Assembly (NCBI RefSeq): GCF_000315625.1
Contig: NW_005434646.1
Span: forward strand, 604,966 to 668,965
Direction: 5' to 3'
Source: Guillardia theta CCMP2712
Taxonomy: Eukaryota > Protista > Cryptophyta
Length of the DNA: 64,000 nt
The position numbers and the translations under genes are program-made. The notes below the pieces were generated by a model. That model saw only the letters and a list, made by a program, of their open reading frames with translations. It did no database searches and was not told the origin of the DNA. Below, one piece after another: positions 38,097 to 49,109 of this stretch; the stretch's first letter is position 1, and each line of letters begins with the position of its first letter.

Positions 38097-39339
38097 ATAG
38101 TGGTAAAGCCACAAGCTCGCTTTCGTTGCATACTCAGCGTCGAGGAGCAAAATACAGCTTATGACGATAGTTGGATATGAACTCTTTTCATGTCATTACT
38201 CTCAGGACACCGCATTCATTCCTTAACAGCCACATGGCAGGACCTATGCGCATGCACATATTTTCGCAGTGATGCTATAACATCATCAAGATTTATCGCA
38301 GCTTTCCCTCAGGATCACGGAGTGGGTTTGGCATGGTCTTGGCATGCTCCTTCCACTCAGGAGTAGATGAGGGGCCGGGGGGTTCTGTAAAGCATGTGAG
38401 CTATAAGCAAAGCGACAGCATCTCAAGCCTACTTCGAATGCTTACAACGGAGGCGTAGCCAAGACCAGAGCACACCGCTACACCGACTACGGCTTGAACC
38501 CAAATTGGGCCTGTGGCAAAGGATCAGATAACAATGCTAATGCCTAAGAGGGGCATCCCATAGTTCACAAAAAAACTGAAACATACTATCTAAACAGATT
38601 GATTGCTAAAGAGGCTTGACCACTGCAACACACACAAGCAAAAAACAGACGAAGCAGTGTTTTTACACTAGGAAGCAGACGTGTAAGCAGAGGTGTATCG
38701 CGCAGGGTACAATACAATGACATCAAGGAAAACACCGAAAGATATTTGAAAGACAGATAAAGACTTTCTCGTACCGATTTACGAGATATGTTTGCAAACA
38801 CAACTCAAGGATAATATTGGAACATAGTCAAGCAGGAAAGGAGTCGGAAGTGGAAAACAGAACAGCAAATGCAAGTAGAGCATTAAGACATCATAGCAGT
38901 CTACGCGTGCGAGAGCCGAACCCATCCCAAGAGGATGAAAATTGAGAGTGCTCTCAAGAGGAAGGAAGCAGCGCCATGCTCACCGAGCTTATTCATTGCA
39001 TGTGAAAGCGCCATTGCGACGGCGAGGCTGCAGTACTTTTAAAACAGAACCTCCAAGTGTTTTATGCATTATTATTTGTACCTTATTCATATAAACTTCT
39101 AAAATTGTAGAAACCTTGCTTTGTAATTATACAATCTGTACAGAAGGAATTTATCAAAGACGCAACATATAATCGTTTAGTGTAGAAAAACGTATCATTT
39201 TTGGGTACTGAAACTTTCAATCATATATTTTTTTTTGTATGAAAACGAATTGAGTTCTGTAGTGTTTGTATTGTTCCTCTCAGTATTTATATTATTATAG
39301 CTCAACAGCTCCAGCCTCTGCGGCCCTCCAAGCTGGGTG

Positions 39340-39960
39340 GGTTGACTAAAAATCCGTGTCAGGCCGCAGGTCACTGAGGCCGTCAGGCCGTGCGGCACTC
39401 AGGCCAGCGGCGGCACCGGCCGGGCCCGGTCACGACCGCAGAGTCACGGCGGGTTCGGGCCGCGCGGCTGCCGGCTCAGTGACTCAGTGACCGGCGTACG
39501 GTACCGTAGTACCGTACGTGGTCTTAAGTTACTCAAAGGTCTGCCGGGCCGCCCAGGCGGCCCGGCGGCCCGGCGTCACGGCCGTGGCCGCCGCCGTGGC
39601 CGCCGCCGCCGTGGCCGCCGCCGCCGATTGAATGATCCGATGATCGGATTGGACGCCGATCCCGTTTCGAACTTGAGTTCATCGGGAGCCTATCGGTCCG
39701 ACCGTACGCTTCGCCCGACCGGTCATCGGACTGAGACTGAGACGGTCAGTCACCGTACGGCCGGGCGTGGCCCGGCCAGTACGGTACGAGTACTTGAACT
39801 TGGGGCCAAAGCCTCGGCCCGGCGCGCCGCGCCGGGCCGGGGCCCGCGGGAGGCCTCCGAGTATGGCAGCCTGCCGCGTGCCACAGCTGAGTCAGAGACT
39901 AGTGAAGCGGCTACTCGGACGGTCGCGGCCATGACGAAGAAGAAGTTCTGACCGTCGGAC
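39340..39960. repeat. GC-rich micro-palindromic low-complexity island
   Basis: Dense GGCC/CCGG/GTACG/GAGTC/TCAGTGA short palindromes and GCC runs; TTACTCAAAG at ~39529. Confidence 0.6.
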
Positions 39961-41416
39961 TGTCATCAACGGTTGCCGTCAGGCTGGCGAAGGGGACCGA
40001 ACTTCCGCGAAGACGACCAGACAGTCTATTTTGGTATACAAATTGACGAAACGATGTCTTTTCGCTGCCACAAGTAGCTTTAAGAAGGCACCCAGTCACG
40101 AAATCTCGTTACACCATAACGGTCAAGCGTCGGAAATCCTGTCAGCTGGAATCTTAAAGCGATGTCATCGAACTCGAAACGTTGCAATCACCCCTCACGA
40201 GCTTCGAGCTTTGTCTGAAAACTACTATATTCGCAATAAAGGAGTTTGTTGGTCACGCACGCAGGAGGCATCGGTTGGGATAAGTCTCTCAGCTTTCCAT
40301 GATAGAGCGTTGAGATAAGGGATCGCTTCGGATGACTTCTTCCCTCATTTCTTCCTCCATGGGCACCCACCCTTTTGTTGAATCTGACAAAAGGGGTAGC
40401 TCTCGGTCAGCGGAATACACGTTGACCTTTGTATCCATATTACTACACGTGTAATCATTGCACTCAATCCCCGCTTACAGGGCAGGATCGACCAGTCGGG
40501 GTGGGGTAGAGAAAAAGCCGCATACAAGGGGGCTCTGGCCCTCAGAAAGGAGGGAGGACCACCGTGGTACCAGTCAAAGGTACATTCTTTTTAAGAATAC
40601 CAGGGGTGGGTAGCTGGGGGTCATGTCATCAATGTATTTTTGTGTACTTTTTGGTTAGAGCTGGGCAGGCTCATCCAGAAGGGGTAGAGATGGGGTGGGG
40701 GTGATGAAGAAGGTGGTGTATGGAGAAAATTACATGGGAGAATGGGGTACATTTGATGAATTAGGGAGGGGTGTACGTGTAAAGTGCTTTTGCTGTAGGA
40801 GACTGGATTGACAAGGGGTGGGTTGGGTGTAGGTAGAGATACTTGCAAAACCATGATTCAAGGGGTGGGGTACGTGACATGTCATCAGCTGCCAGGTATG
40901 GAATCCGCTCAAAAAAGGGGTGCCCGACGTACCCCACCCCCTACAACATAGCACATTTCTATATTCTGGAACCGGTATTTTGTAGTTTAACACCGGTGGT
41001 TTAGAGACTCTTGAACAACTGGACCCCCCACCCCTCGAAGATCTGACCCCCTGTCAGGATCCTGCTTGCCCTTCTCTTCCCGGAGATCACCTCACCCCCT
41101 TGCCCATCCCCCCACTCTCCCCCATCCTTTCCCGTTTACTCCTCCCTTTCATCGCAACCTCAACGTTCTATCCCTTGCCTGTTCTGGCCCCCTTCTTTCC
41201 TCTCATATCCTGCTCATTTGCCCGGTTTCTCGATCTGCCCCCTTGCCAGCCATCCGCTTCGTGCACCCTCATACGTTGTCCTGCCCCTGCTCTTTGTGAA
41301 TCTTTGTGCGTTCGATTTGATTCCTAGGATCATCTCCATTCATACTCTCAAGTCTAGTATAGTGTTTCTTCCTTGACCACCGAGGGAACTTGGCCTTCTG
41401 GCCGCTGCGATTTATC

Positions 41417-43059
41417 ATGGCGATCTTGTCGAGGGGCATTCATCGCACCTACGAAGTTGGGAGAACTCTGGGAAAAGGGTCGTTTGCTACAGTGAAGGAA
41501 GGAAGACATAGAGACAAGGGCACACTCGTCGCTATCAAGATTGTCGACAAATGGATGAATTCTTTCCATCAATCATCTCTGGAGCAGGAGATCCAGACTA
41601 TGATGAAGGTTTCGCACCCTAACTGCCTCCGTCTGCACGAGGTGTACGACCAATGCGAGAAGACCTACCTGATTCTTGATCTGGCAACCGGAGGAACCGT
41701 CATGGATCGCATCATTGCCCTGGACTTCTTCTCAGAGAAGCAGGCCGCAAAAGTGACAAGAGATGTCCTGAACGCGGTGGAATACCTGCACAACATCGGT
41801 ATCACACACAGAGACCTGAAGCCAGAAAACCTACTCTATGCGTCCAACGATCCAGAATCCAAGTACTATGATACAGTCAAGGTTGCTGACTTTGGACTCT
41901 CGAAATATATGGGTGAGAACGTTTCGATGAAGACTACCTGTGGCACCCCGAATTACATGGCGCCTGAAGTGTTGAATAGTGATGGTTTCGATGGTTATGG
42001 CCCTGAGGTGGACATCTGGTCAGTTGGAGTCATCATCTACACTATGTTGTGTGGCTTCCAGCCTTTTTTCGAGTTCTCAACAGCTGCATTGTTCCAACAG
42101 ATTATGAAGGCTGAGTATTCATTCTTATCTCCTTATTGGGACCAAGTATCGAAAGAAGCGAAAGACCTCATTTCCAAGATGTTGGTTGTTGATCGATCAA
42201 AGAGACTTACAGCAATGCAGTGCTTGAATCACATTTGGTTCGATCAGGCGTACTCAAATGACTCGGTTGTGAGCACCTTGCATGGATCATTGCACACATT
42301 TTTGCTCGTTAGGAAACTTCCCATCTTTGACAACATCGACCCCAAGCTTCAGCAAGAAGTGATCAACATGTTAAAGCCAAAGCAAGTTCCTTGGGGGGAG
42401 AAAGTCATCCAATCAGGAGAAGTTGCAGACTGTATGTACTTCATACAAAGTGGATCAGTATCTGTGATGGTAGATGGGAATGAAATCGACCGTTTGGGTG
42501 CAGGTCAGATCATTTTTCTATCAAGGGGCTTTTTCTAACGAGTCTTTCTCCAGGCGACTTTTTTGGGGAAGTAGCTTTGACTGTCTCAGAACTTCGTACT
42601 GCCGACGTCATCTCGCTTGGAGCACAGTCAGGGACTCGCACAAACGTGGCGTCAAGCACAAGGAACCCTACCGAGCTTCTCCAATTCATGAGATCCGATT
42701 TCGAACAAATCTTGGCTAAGTTCCCCGTACTCCAGACAAGGATGCTTGAAGTCAGCCAGGTGACCGAGATACCCTCGCGCATTGTCGCATGCTGACTTTT
42801 ATCTCTTCAGAAACGTGTTCGTCGAGCCATCTCTTCGCGCAGGCCGTCAGAATCCCTAAGTCCATCAAACCACAATCCATCAAGGACTGCGTCATCAGAG
42901 TCTGAGCATGTCTTCTCCGGCTCTTCCGATTGCTCGCCAGTGCTCTCTCCTGTTTCTGTTAGTCCCGTATCCGCACCTGACCTCGAACTGGAAGCCATCA
43001 AATTCAAGAAAGGAAAGAGCAAGGTTTGGAAGAAAACCAAAGGATGCATCCAGCAATGA
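41417..43059 (+). CDS. CaMK1-like Ser/Thr kinase fused to a C-terminal cyclic-nucleotide-binding domain, with polybasic-CaaX tail (paralog A)
   Basis: GKGSFA, AIK, HRDLKPEN, DFG, APE all intact. CNB GDFFGEVAL..RTADV. Two introns; ends KKGKSKVWKKTKGCIQQ*. Confidence 0.92.
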
Positions 43060-43288
43060 AGACAGTTCTTCTTTATATTTTTTTCTTAAGCTTTCTGCTT
43101 GTACATAATCTATTAACATTCTAGTGAATGAACATGAGTGAATGGGTGAATAGTCAGCACCAACTCTACCTTCTCATATGACAGATCGTTAAATCAGCGA
43201 GCTGATTGAAAAGAATTTATTTTTGAGAGAAGGGATTCAAGAGTCCGCAACAGAAACCTTCGCCACGGAAGAATCAGAGGTTGTGTTC

Positions 43289-44663
43289 TTATGCAGCTTC
43301 CTGATTCATAGGATTTTCTGGAGACTTCTGCCACTGGCACACGCAAGAATGAGTGAGCAAGAACACGCAGTTTGCGCATCATGGAAACTCACGTTCTTGA
43401 AAATTATCTCCTTGATTTGAGAAAGCTTGAGGCCCGGATTTTCAGCCCTGATACCTGGAGCAGCGCTTCAGAGGAATCTTCACAAGTCAGCGAGCGATCA
43501 ACGTGGGATCTCGCGCTCTTCGTACGCCTTGAATGCAGCCTTGCGTCTCCTCTCTGGGTGAGCATCCGACTTCTCGTCCTGGGCACGTCGATTCAGCCAA
43601 CAGGAAGCGAGGCGCTGATAGTCCTTCGCTCAGTTGGGGTCACCTCGGTGTTAAGGTTGGTGAGAAGGTCGGTCGCAGCATCGACACCAGATGCTTCCTT
43701 CCGCTGGATCCCCTTCTCTGCTAGCATGCGGGACTACAATTGTACACTCAAGATCGGCCGGAGGCTCGAGAGCAGGCACACCTCCTCCATCCTTAGGTGA
43801 TTGATGTTTCGCTCGATCTCTGGCTCCTTGGAGGACAATCACTCCCAGCGGCAGAGAGCTGCGACTCAGCTCACCGGCTTCTTCTTCTCCTTCTTGGGAG
43901 GCATGAACATGAGGTTTTGTGCAATCTGCGCCTGTTGTACCGGGACGTTCAGTTGCTCTCGCAGACTCCAAGGGCAAAAGGTTTGTACCTGTGTGACCTT
44001 GGCGGGCTGAGTGGACTTCTTGTTGGACAGGGAGGCAGACTCCTCCTCCTACACGTGGGGCATGCCAGCATGAATGAACACAAGACAAGGAAATCCTATG
44101 ACCTCAAGCTTCTTCCTCTCCTCCTTCCTACGGAGCTCCGCAAGGCGCTTTCCTCGGCGGCAGACTGCATGCAAGGATCAGACTGCGCCCGATGGAAGGA
44201 GAGCCACATACTTGCTTGCTGCCGTCCTTGGATCCCTGCGACCAATAGGCATCCTCTTCTGCTCGGGCTGGCGCGCAAACGTCAGTGACATCGACTTTCA
44301 AAGGGGAGTTCATCAAGAGACAAGTGGTGTTCGTAACAAGCAGCAGGAGAAATGAGTTGAATGTGAAAGCTATGAAGTTTCGAAGATGGAGGAGACTTTC
44401 AGACGAGTGAACAGGACAGCGGGCTGCACGAGTGAGGTGGGTTGAGTCGGCAAAGAAGCAGGCAGAGAAGACTTGGGCGGAGAGGTCAGAGTTGGAGGGG
44501 ATTAGGAGGAGGGAAGGAGAGCAAGGGAGGAGGAAGAGGGAAGGAGAGCAAGGGAGCAGGAAGAGGGAAGGAGAGCAAGGGAGCAGGAGGTCCCACATTT
44601 GGCCTCCTCGGCCTCAGCCTTCTTGTTGGCCTCCCTTGTCTTGGCGCCTTCCTTCTTGGGCAT
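43289..44663 (-). CDS. CCDC124: CCDC124 / Lso2 / Oxs1 family ribosome-associated protein
   Basis: MPKK..AEEDAYW..HPERRRKAAFKAYEEREIPRIRAENPGLKLSQIKEIIFKNWQKSPENPMNQ. Confidence 0.9.
44508..44590. repeat. 27-bp tandem repeat x3 in the first CCDC124 intron
   Basis: GAGGGAAGGAGAGCAAGGGAGCAGGAA units. Confidence 0.85.
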
Positions 44664-44778
44664 CGTGTCGCACCCTATGGTCGGCCGCCGTGACGTGCCG
44701 GGCACACTGAGCCGGCCGAGCAACTGGGGCCCGGCAACCGCCACTGTGAGGGCCCCCGAGTCACTCTAAAGACTTCAT

Positions 44779-44818
44779 ATTGTCCTCGTACTGATTTTTG
44801 ACTTAACTTTGAGTAAAG
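44779..44818. repeat. Second copy of the 40-bp dispersed repeat core
   Basis: ATTGTCCTCGTACTGATTTTTGACTTAACTTTGAGTAAAG, 38/40 identical to 29108-29147. Confidence 0.85.
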
Positions 44819-45444
44819 TGCTGACAGGTGACTACGCTCGGAGGTTGAATCCTCGTGATGATGATGACTGCCTCGGATACCACCCCACCCACCAGCACAA
44901 AATTTGTAAGGTTTGTTGACCCCACCATCACTTCTGTACTTGCTGGTGTACCCATACAATTCATATTGAATAGTACCCGTTCTTGTACATAATCGGCTAT
45001 ACCCCCTTCGTACGGACCTTCAACACCTAACTACCCCTTGGGGTCGATACCTGCTTTTTGCGGATAGAAGTTAAAACACCCTACCCTCTAAAATCCGCTC
45101 ACTCTGTACGGTAGGGTTATCTCTTTGACCACGCTTTACAAGACGAAAGATATTTGTTATGTTTGTTAGCTTAATCGGAGACTTTGAAATCTACACGTAA
45201 GATTTCAACACATGCCAAATAGTCTTCGAAAAGTTGCCATTTCGTTTTTTGAGAGTTTTTGACCGGATGCATGCTGACGCCGCGGCCTGATGTCACTTGG
45301 GACATGAAGTGAAAAACTCTGTTTTCGAATACATTTTGGTATTTTGGTATCATTCATACCCCCTGTTTGCGAAAAAAAATTCTTTTCGGAATCTCGGCAA
45401 ACCCGTAAATTCGGAAAGAGCACAGCGCAGGGCGGCAGAAAGCC

Positions 45445-46566
45445 ATGGTGAAATTAACGTACACAGGAGAGATTAGGACAAACTTCGACGTTGGAGAGAC
45501 GATAGGAAGGGGATCGTTCGCAACTGTCAAACTTTGCACAGATGTCTTCACAAAGCAGCAGTTCGCACTCAAGGTTGTAAGCAAAGATGACCCGGCGTTC
45601 GATGAGAAGAGCTTGGCCCATGAGGTCGACGCGATGATGAGAGTTTCGCACCCCAACTGCGTGCATTTACACGGGGTCTTTGAAGAGAAGGGGAAATTTT
45701 TTCTGGTTCTGGACCTCGTTACTGGCGGGACACTGATGGATCGGATCATTGAGATGAATCACTTCTCGGAACAAGACGCGATTCACGTCACAAGGGACAT
45801 CCTGGTCGCCGTCGAGTATCTGCATAGCATTGGTATCACGCATCGAGACCTGAAGCCTGAAAACTTGCTGTATGCTTCAGGAGACCCGGCGTCCCCGGAC
45901 TACAATACCATCAAGATCGCGGACTTCGGGCTCGCCAAGGTCATGTCAGGAAGGAGCACGATGTCCACTCCCTGCGGCACCCCCAACTACGTGGCGCCGG
46001 AGGTGATCGACCCCGCGAGAGGCTCCAAGGTCTACGGGCCGGAGGTTGACATCTGGTCGCTGGGTGTCATCGTGTATGTCATGCTCTGCGGCTTCCCTCC
46101 GTTCTACCAGACCTCAACGCCCGCCCTGTTCAAGGAGATCTGCAAGGGCGAGTTCGGCTTCCCCTCTCCCTATTGGGATGGGATATCTTCGCAGGCGAGG
46201 GCCTTCATCCTCAAGACGATCGTGAAGCAGCCCAAGAAGAGGATGACGGCGTCTGAGTGCCTTGAGCACCAGTGGATCAAGAGCGGATCGCCAGACGTGC
46301 GAGCTGGGAGCCTGCACAGCTTCCACAAGGCTTTCCTCCTCCTGCGCAAGCTGGATATCTTCGAGAGCATCGACCCCATGCTGCTGCATGAGATCGCCAA
46401 AGTGCTCAAGACCGTCAGAGTTCGAGAGGGGGACTACATCATCCGAGCAGGCGACCAGGCCAACAGCATGTACTTCGTGCACTCGGGCTACGTGCAGGTC
46501 TCTGTGAATGGAAGCAAAGTCGACATGCTCACTTCAGGTATCATCACTGAGATGACGAAGATGGGA

Positions 46567-46627
<61 letters not shown>

Positions 46628-47074
46628 CGATGTTCATGATGACGATGACGATTGTGATACTGGTTGGTCCTGACCTGCTCTGCAGGAGACTTTTTCGGGG
46701 AAGTTGCCCTCACGGTAGCAGCACACCGGACAGCAGACGTGATGGCCCTGGGTCCGATGCACAAGGAGCACGAGAGAGGGTCAGAGCACGTCACCGAGCT
46801 GTTCGAGCTCATGAAGAGCGATCTGGAGGAAATCGTCCGCACGTACCCCCTGCTGGAATCTCGTCTCGAGCGTGTCGGGAAGGCTCGGTTCAGGAGGGCT
46901 TCCTGTAGCTCAAGTCCGGAGCGAAAGGATACCGTCGATTGTCACAACGCTCCTCCGTCTCCTCGCCGGTCATATCGGAAGCTCTCGGACGTTGCGAGGA
47001 GAAATAGTGTGGATGGCCTCGAAAACTTGAAGAAGATCAAATCCAGGCGATGGAAAGCTTGCGTCCAGCAGTGA
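45445..47074 (+). CDS. CaMK1-like kinase + CNB domain + polybasic-CaaX tail (paralog B)
   Basis: GRGSFA, ALK, HRDLKPEN, DFG, APE intact. GDFFGEVAL..RTADV. Intron 46538-46685; ends KKIKSRRWKACVQQ*. Confidence 0.92.
46568..46650. repeat. (ATG)n microsatellite inside the kinase B intron
   Basis: Visible tandem array; explains the poly-Met in the ORF track. Confidence 0.95.
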
Positions 47075-47357
47075 TTGGTGATGGTGTTAATGTTTCTTTT
47101 TTTCTCGGAAGAGATGTTTTATATTGTTTTGCGTGTATCTTGTACAAATAAAGCCTAGTATGTCCCATGCAATCGTGTCAGGCGTCGTTACAAGTTCAAC
47201 TGCAATTGCTGTGGAATGAGGGAAGACGACAGAGACGAACTGCGCATTGACGAATCGCAAAGCCCATCGTGATGACACATGTATCATGTGGATCTTTATG
47301 ATTATTGTGTAAATCTACATATTTTACAGCTGTTCTCCCTCTCGCGATCTGCGGCGT

Positions 47358-48728
47358 TCAGATGTACTCCAGTCGATCGAGGGAGAGCCGTTCACCTCTC
47401 TCCGTCATGGCCTCGCTGATCCAGGATTCCGATGAGGGTGATCTCGTCACGTGCTTGCAGCGAAGCTGAGCCGATCGCATCCTCGCCACCAGCCTCTTCC
47501 ACCACACGGGCTCACGCGCCTCCATCGCCTCCACGTCGGCTGCTCTCATGCAGTACACCTCCATCGCCTCGGCTGTCGTCTCCTCGTTGACATAGCTCAC
47601 TCCGTTTGCAACAATCTGGATCCTCGAGCGCTCGTCCACCTGGTGGTCCAGCAGCCCAAACATGCAGCCTGCAAGACAGGAGTCAGCACAGGTAGAGGAC
47701 GGGGCGAGCAGGTTCCCACCTGTCGACAGCGTCTGCGTCTCGACGCCGTCCACGATCACCCTCACATTTCCGGAGCCCACCAGGAACAGATTTCTCCGCA
47801 GCTCCCACCCCTCTGCGATCACCTCCCCGCTCACTGGGCTCATCAGCTCGAACCTGCCTGTCATGTCCTTGAGCTTCTCGCAAGCCGGGTCGTCAACGAT
47901 GTCCATCTTGCAGAGCAGCTGGAACGCCTTATGGGCAGTGTGACTGTCCCCGTGGGGATGGCAGTTTATGTTGGACCTCATCTTCATCATCCATGGATGC
48001 GACAAGCAGCGAGCGGCGTCGGGGCGTTTCCTGGAGTCGGGCTCCAGCATCCTTGCGACAAGATCTGCCGCGTCCTCTTGACCCTTGCTATCACCCTTGG
48101 ACCTCGGCCTGAGCAGGCCTGCGATCGGACTACGGAGCAACTGGGCAATTCTCCCCCTCGGATTGCTCGTCTCATGCGAATTTGCCTTCAGCAGGCGATG
48201 CAAGATCCTCCCAGCCATGGCTATGTCTTGCGCAGCTACTGACAGCCCCTCTGCGGAAGAGATCTCTTCGATCAGGTAGGAGCTCCCGAACCCTACGATC
48301 TTGACTGTGTCATCGCAAGAGACGATGACGTGCTCCTCCACTAGATTTCCGTGAACGATCCCATTCTCGTGCATGTGGTTGAGCGCGTCCAGGATTTGTG
48401 ACATGATACCTGCAATCCTTGCCTCCGAGAATGCTGCCTGATAAGAGATCTCATCCGCCAGCGTTGCTCCTTCCACGAGGTCCATCACAAGATAAAGATC
48501 CTTGTGCTCCTCGTACACCTCGTGCAGCTGGACGCAGTTTGCGTGAGACAGTCGCATCAAACTCCTTATCTCCGAATTTAGCGACCTCCCCTCCTTCTTG
48601 ATCACCTTTACGGCATACTTGTCGCCGCATCCCCTGTGCGTTGCCTCCATCATTGCGCATCTCGCTCCGCTCCTCATCTTCCTGTTCAGCTCGTAGTGCC
48701 TCCCAAACTCCTTCGACAGGATCGCCAT
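47358..48728 (-). CDS. Pseudokinase paralog C (degenerate CaMK domain + degenerate CNB domain)
   Basis: Starts MAILS like paralog A and keeps AVK. HRD is HGN, DFG is GFG, the Gly loop is lost, and the CNB lacks FGE/RTA. In-frame 51-nt intron 47669-47719 at the same position as in A and B. Confidence 0.85.
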   Translation of the reverse strand: MAILSKEFGRHYELNRKMRSGARCAMMEATHRGCGDKYAVKVIKKEGRSLNSEIRSLMRLSHANCVQLHEVYEEHKDLYLVMDLVEGATLADEISYQAAFSEARIAGIMSQILDALNHMHENGIVHGNLVEEHVIVSCDDTVKIVGFGSSYLIEEISSAEGLSVAAQDIAMAGRILHRLLKANSHETSNPRGRIAQLLRSPIAGLLRPRSKGDSKGQEDAADLVARMLEPDSRKRPDAARCLSHPWMMKMRSNINCHPHGDSHTAHKAFQLLCKMDIVDDPACEKLKDMTGRFELMSPVSGEVIAEGWELRRNLFLVGSGNVRVIVDGVETQTLSTGGNLLAPSSTCADSCLAGCMFGLLDHQVDERSRIQIVANGVSYVNEETTAEAMEVYCMRAADVEAMEAREPVWWKRLVARMRSAQLRCKHVTRSPSSESWISEAMTERGERLSLDRLEYI

Positions 48729-49109
48729 GGCACCCGTTTCCTTCCGACGGCACCGATCGAAGGGGGCGCGATGCTGTTTTATAGGCTGGAGATTAGTCAG
48801 CAGGTCATGCGTCAAGGGAGTTGTTACTGTAGTAAAATGGTCATCATTAAGAACTCGAAGCCCTTTTGACCCTATCCTCGTTGATCATTTCCTGGGAGAT
48901 GGCATCTCAGCAATTGATTGCTGACAGTCTCGTGCAAAGCACCTGCTACGGAAACCCTTCTTTTCACGTCTTGGTCAACATGGGAGCGAAGGTGGCGGAA
49001 AATCGTCACGGCAGGCAAAGGAGATGAAAGGAAGAAGGCACATTGCTAAAGAGATATAGTGATGCGATCAGTCGCAAGAGAGTTGCCCATTATTGACGTT
49101 TTAGATTAA

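Noticed and set aside
46538-46908. Poly-Met extension of the 487-aa kinase ORF, and the antisense poly-His ORF
   Set aside because: Read-through into an (ATG)n-containing intron; splicing restores GDFFGE
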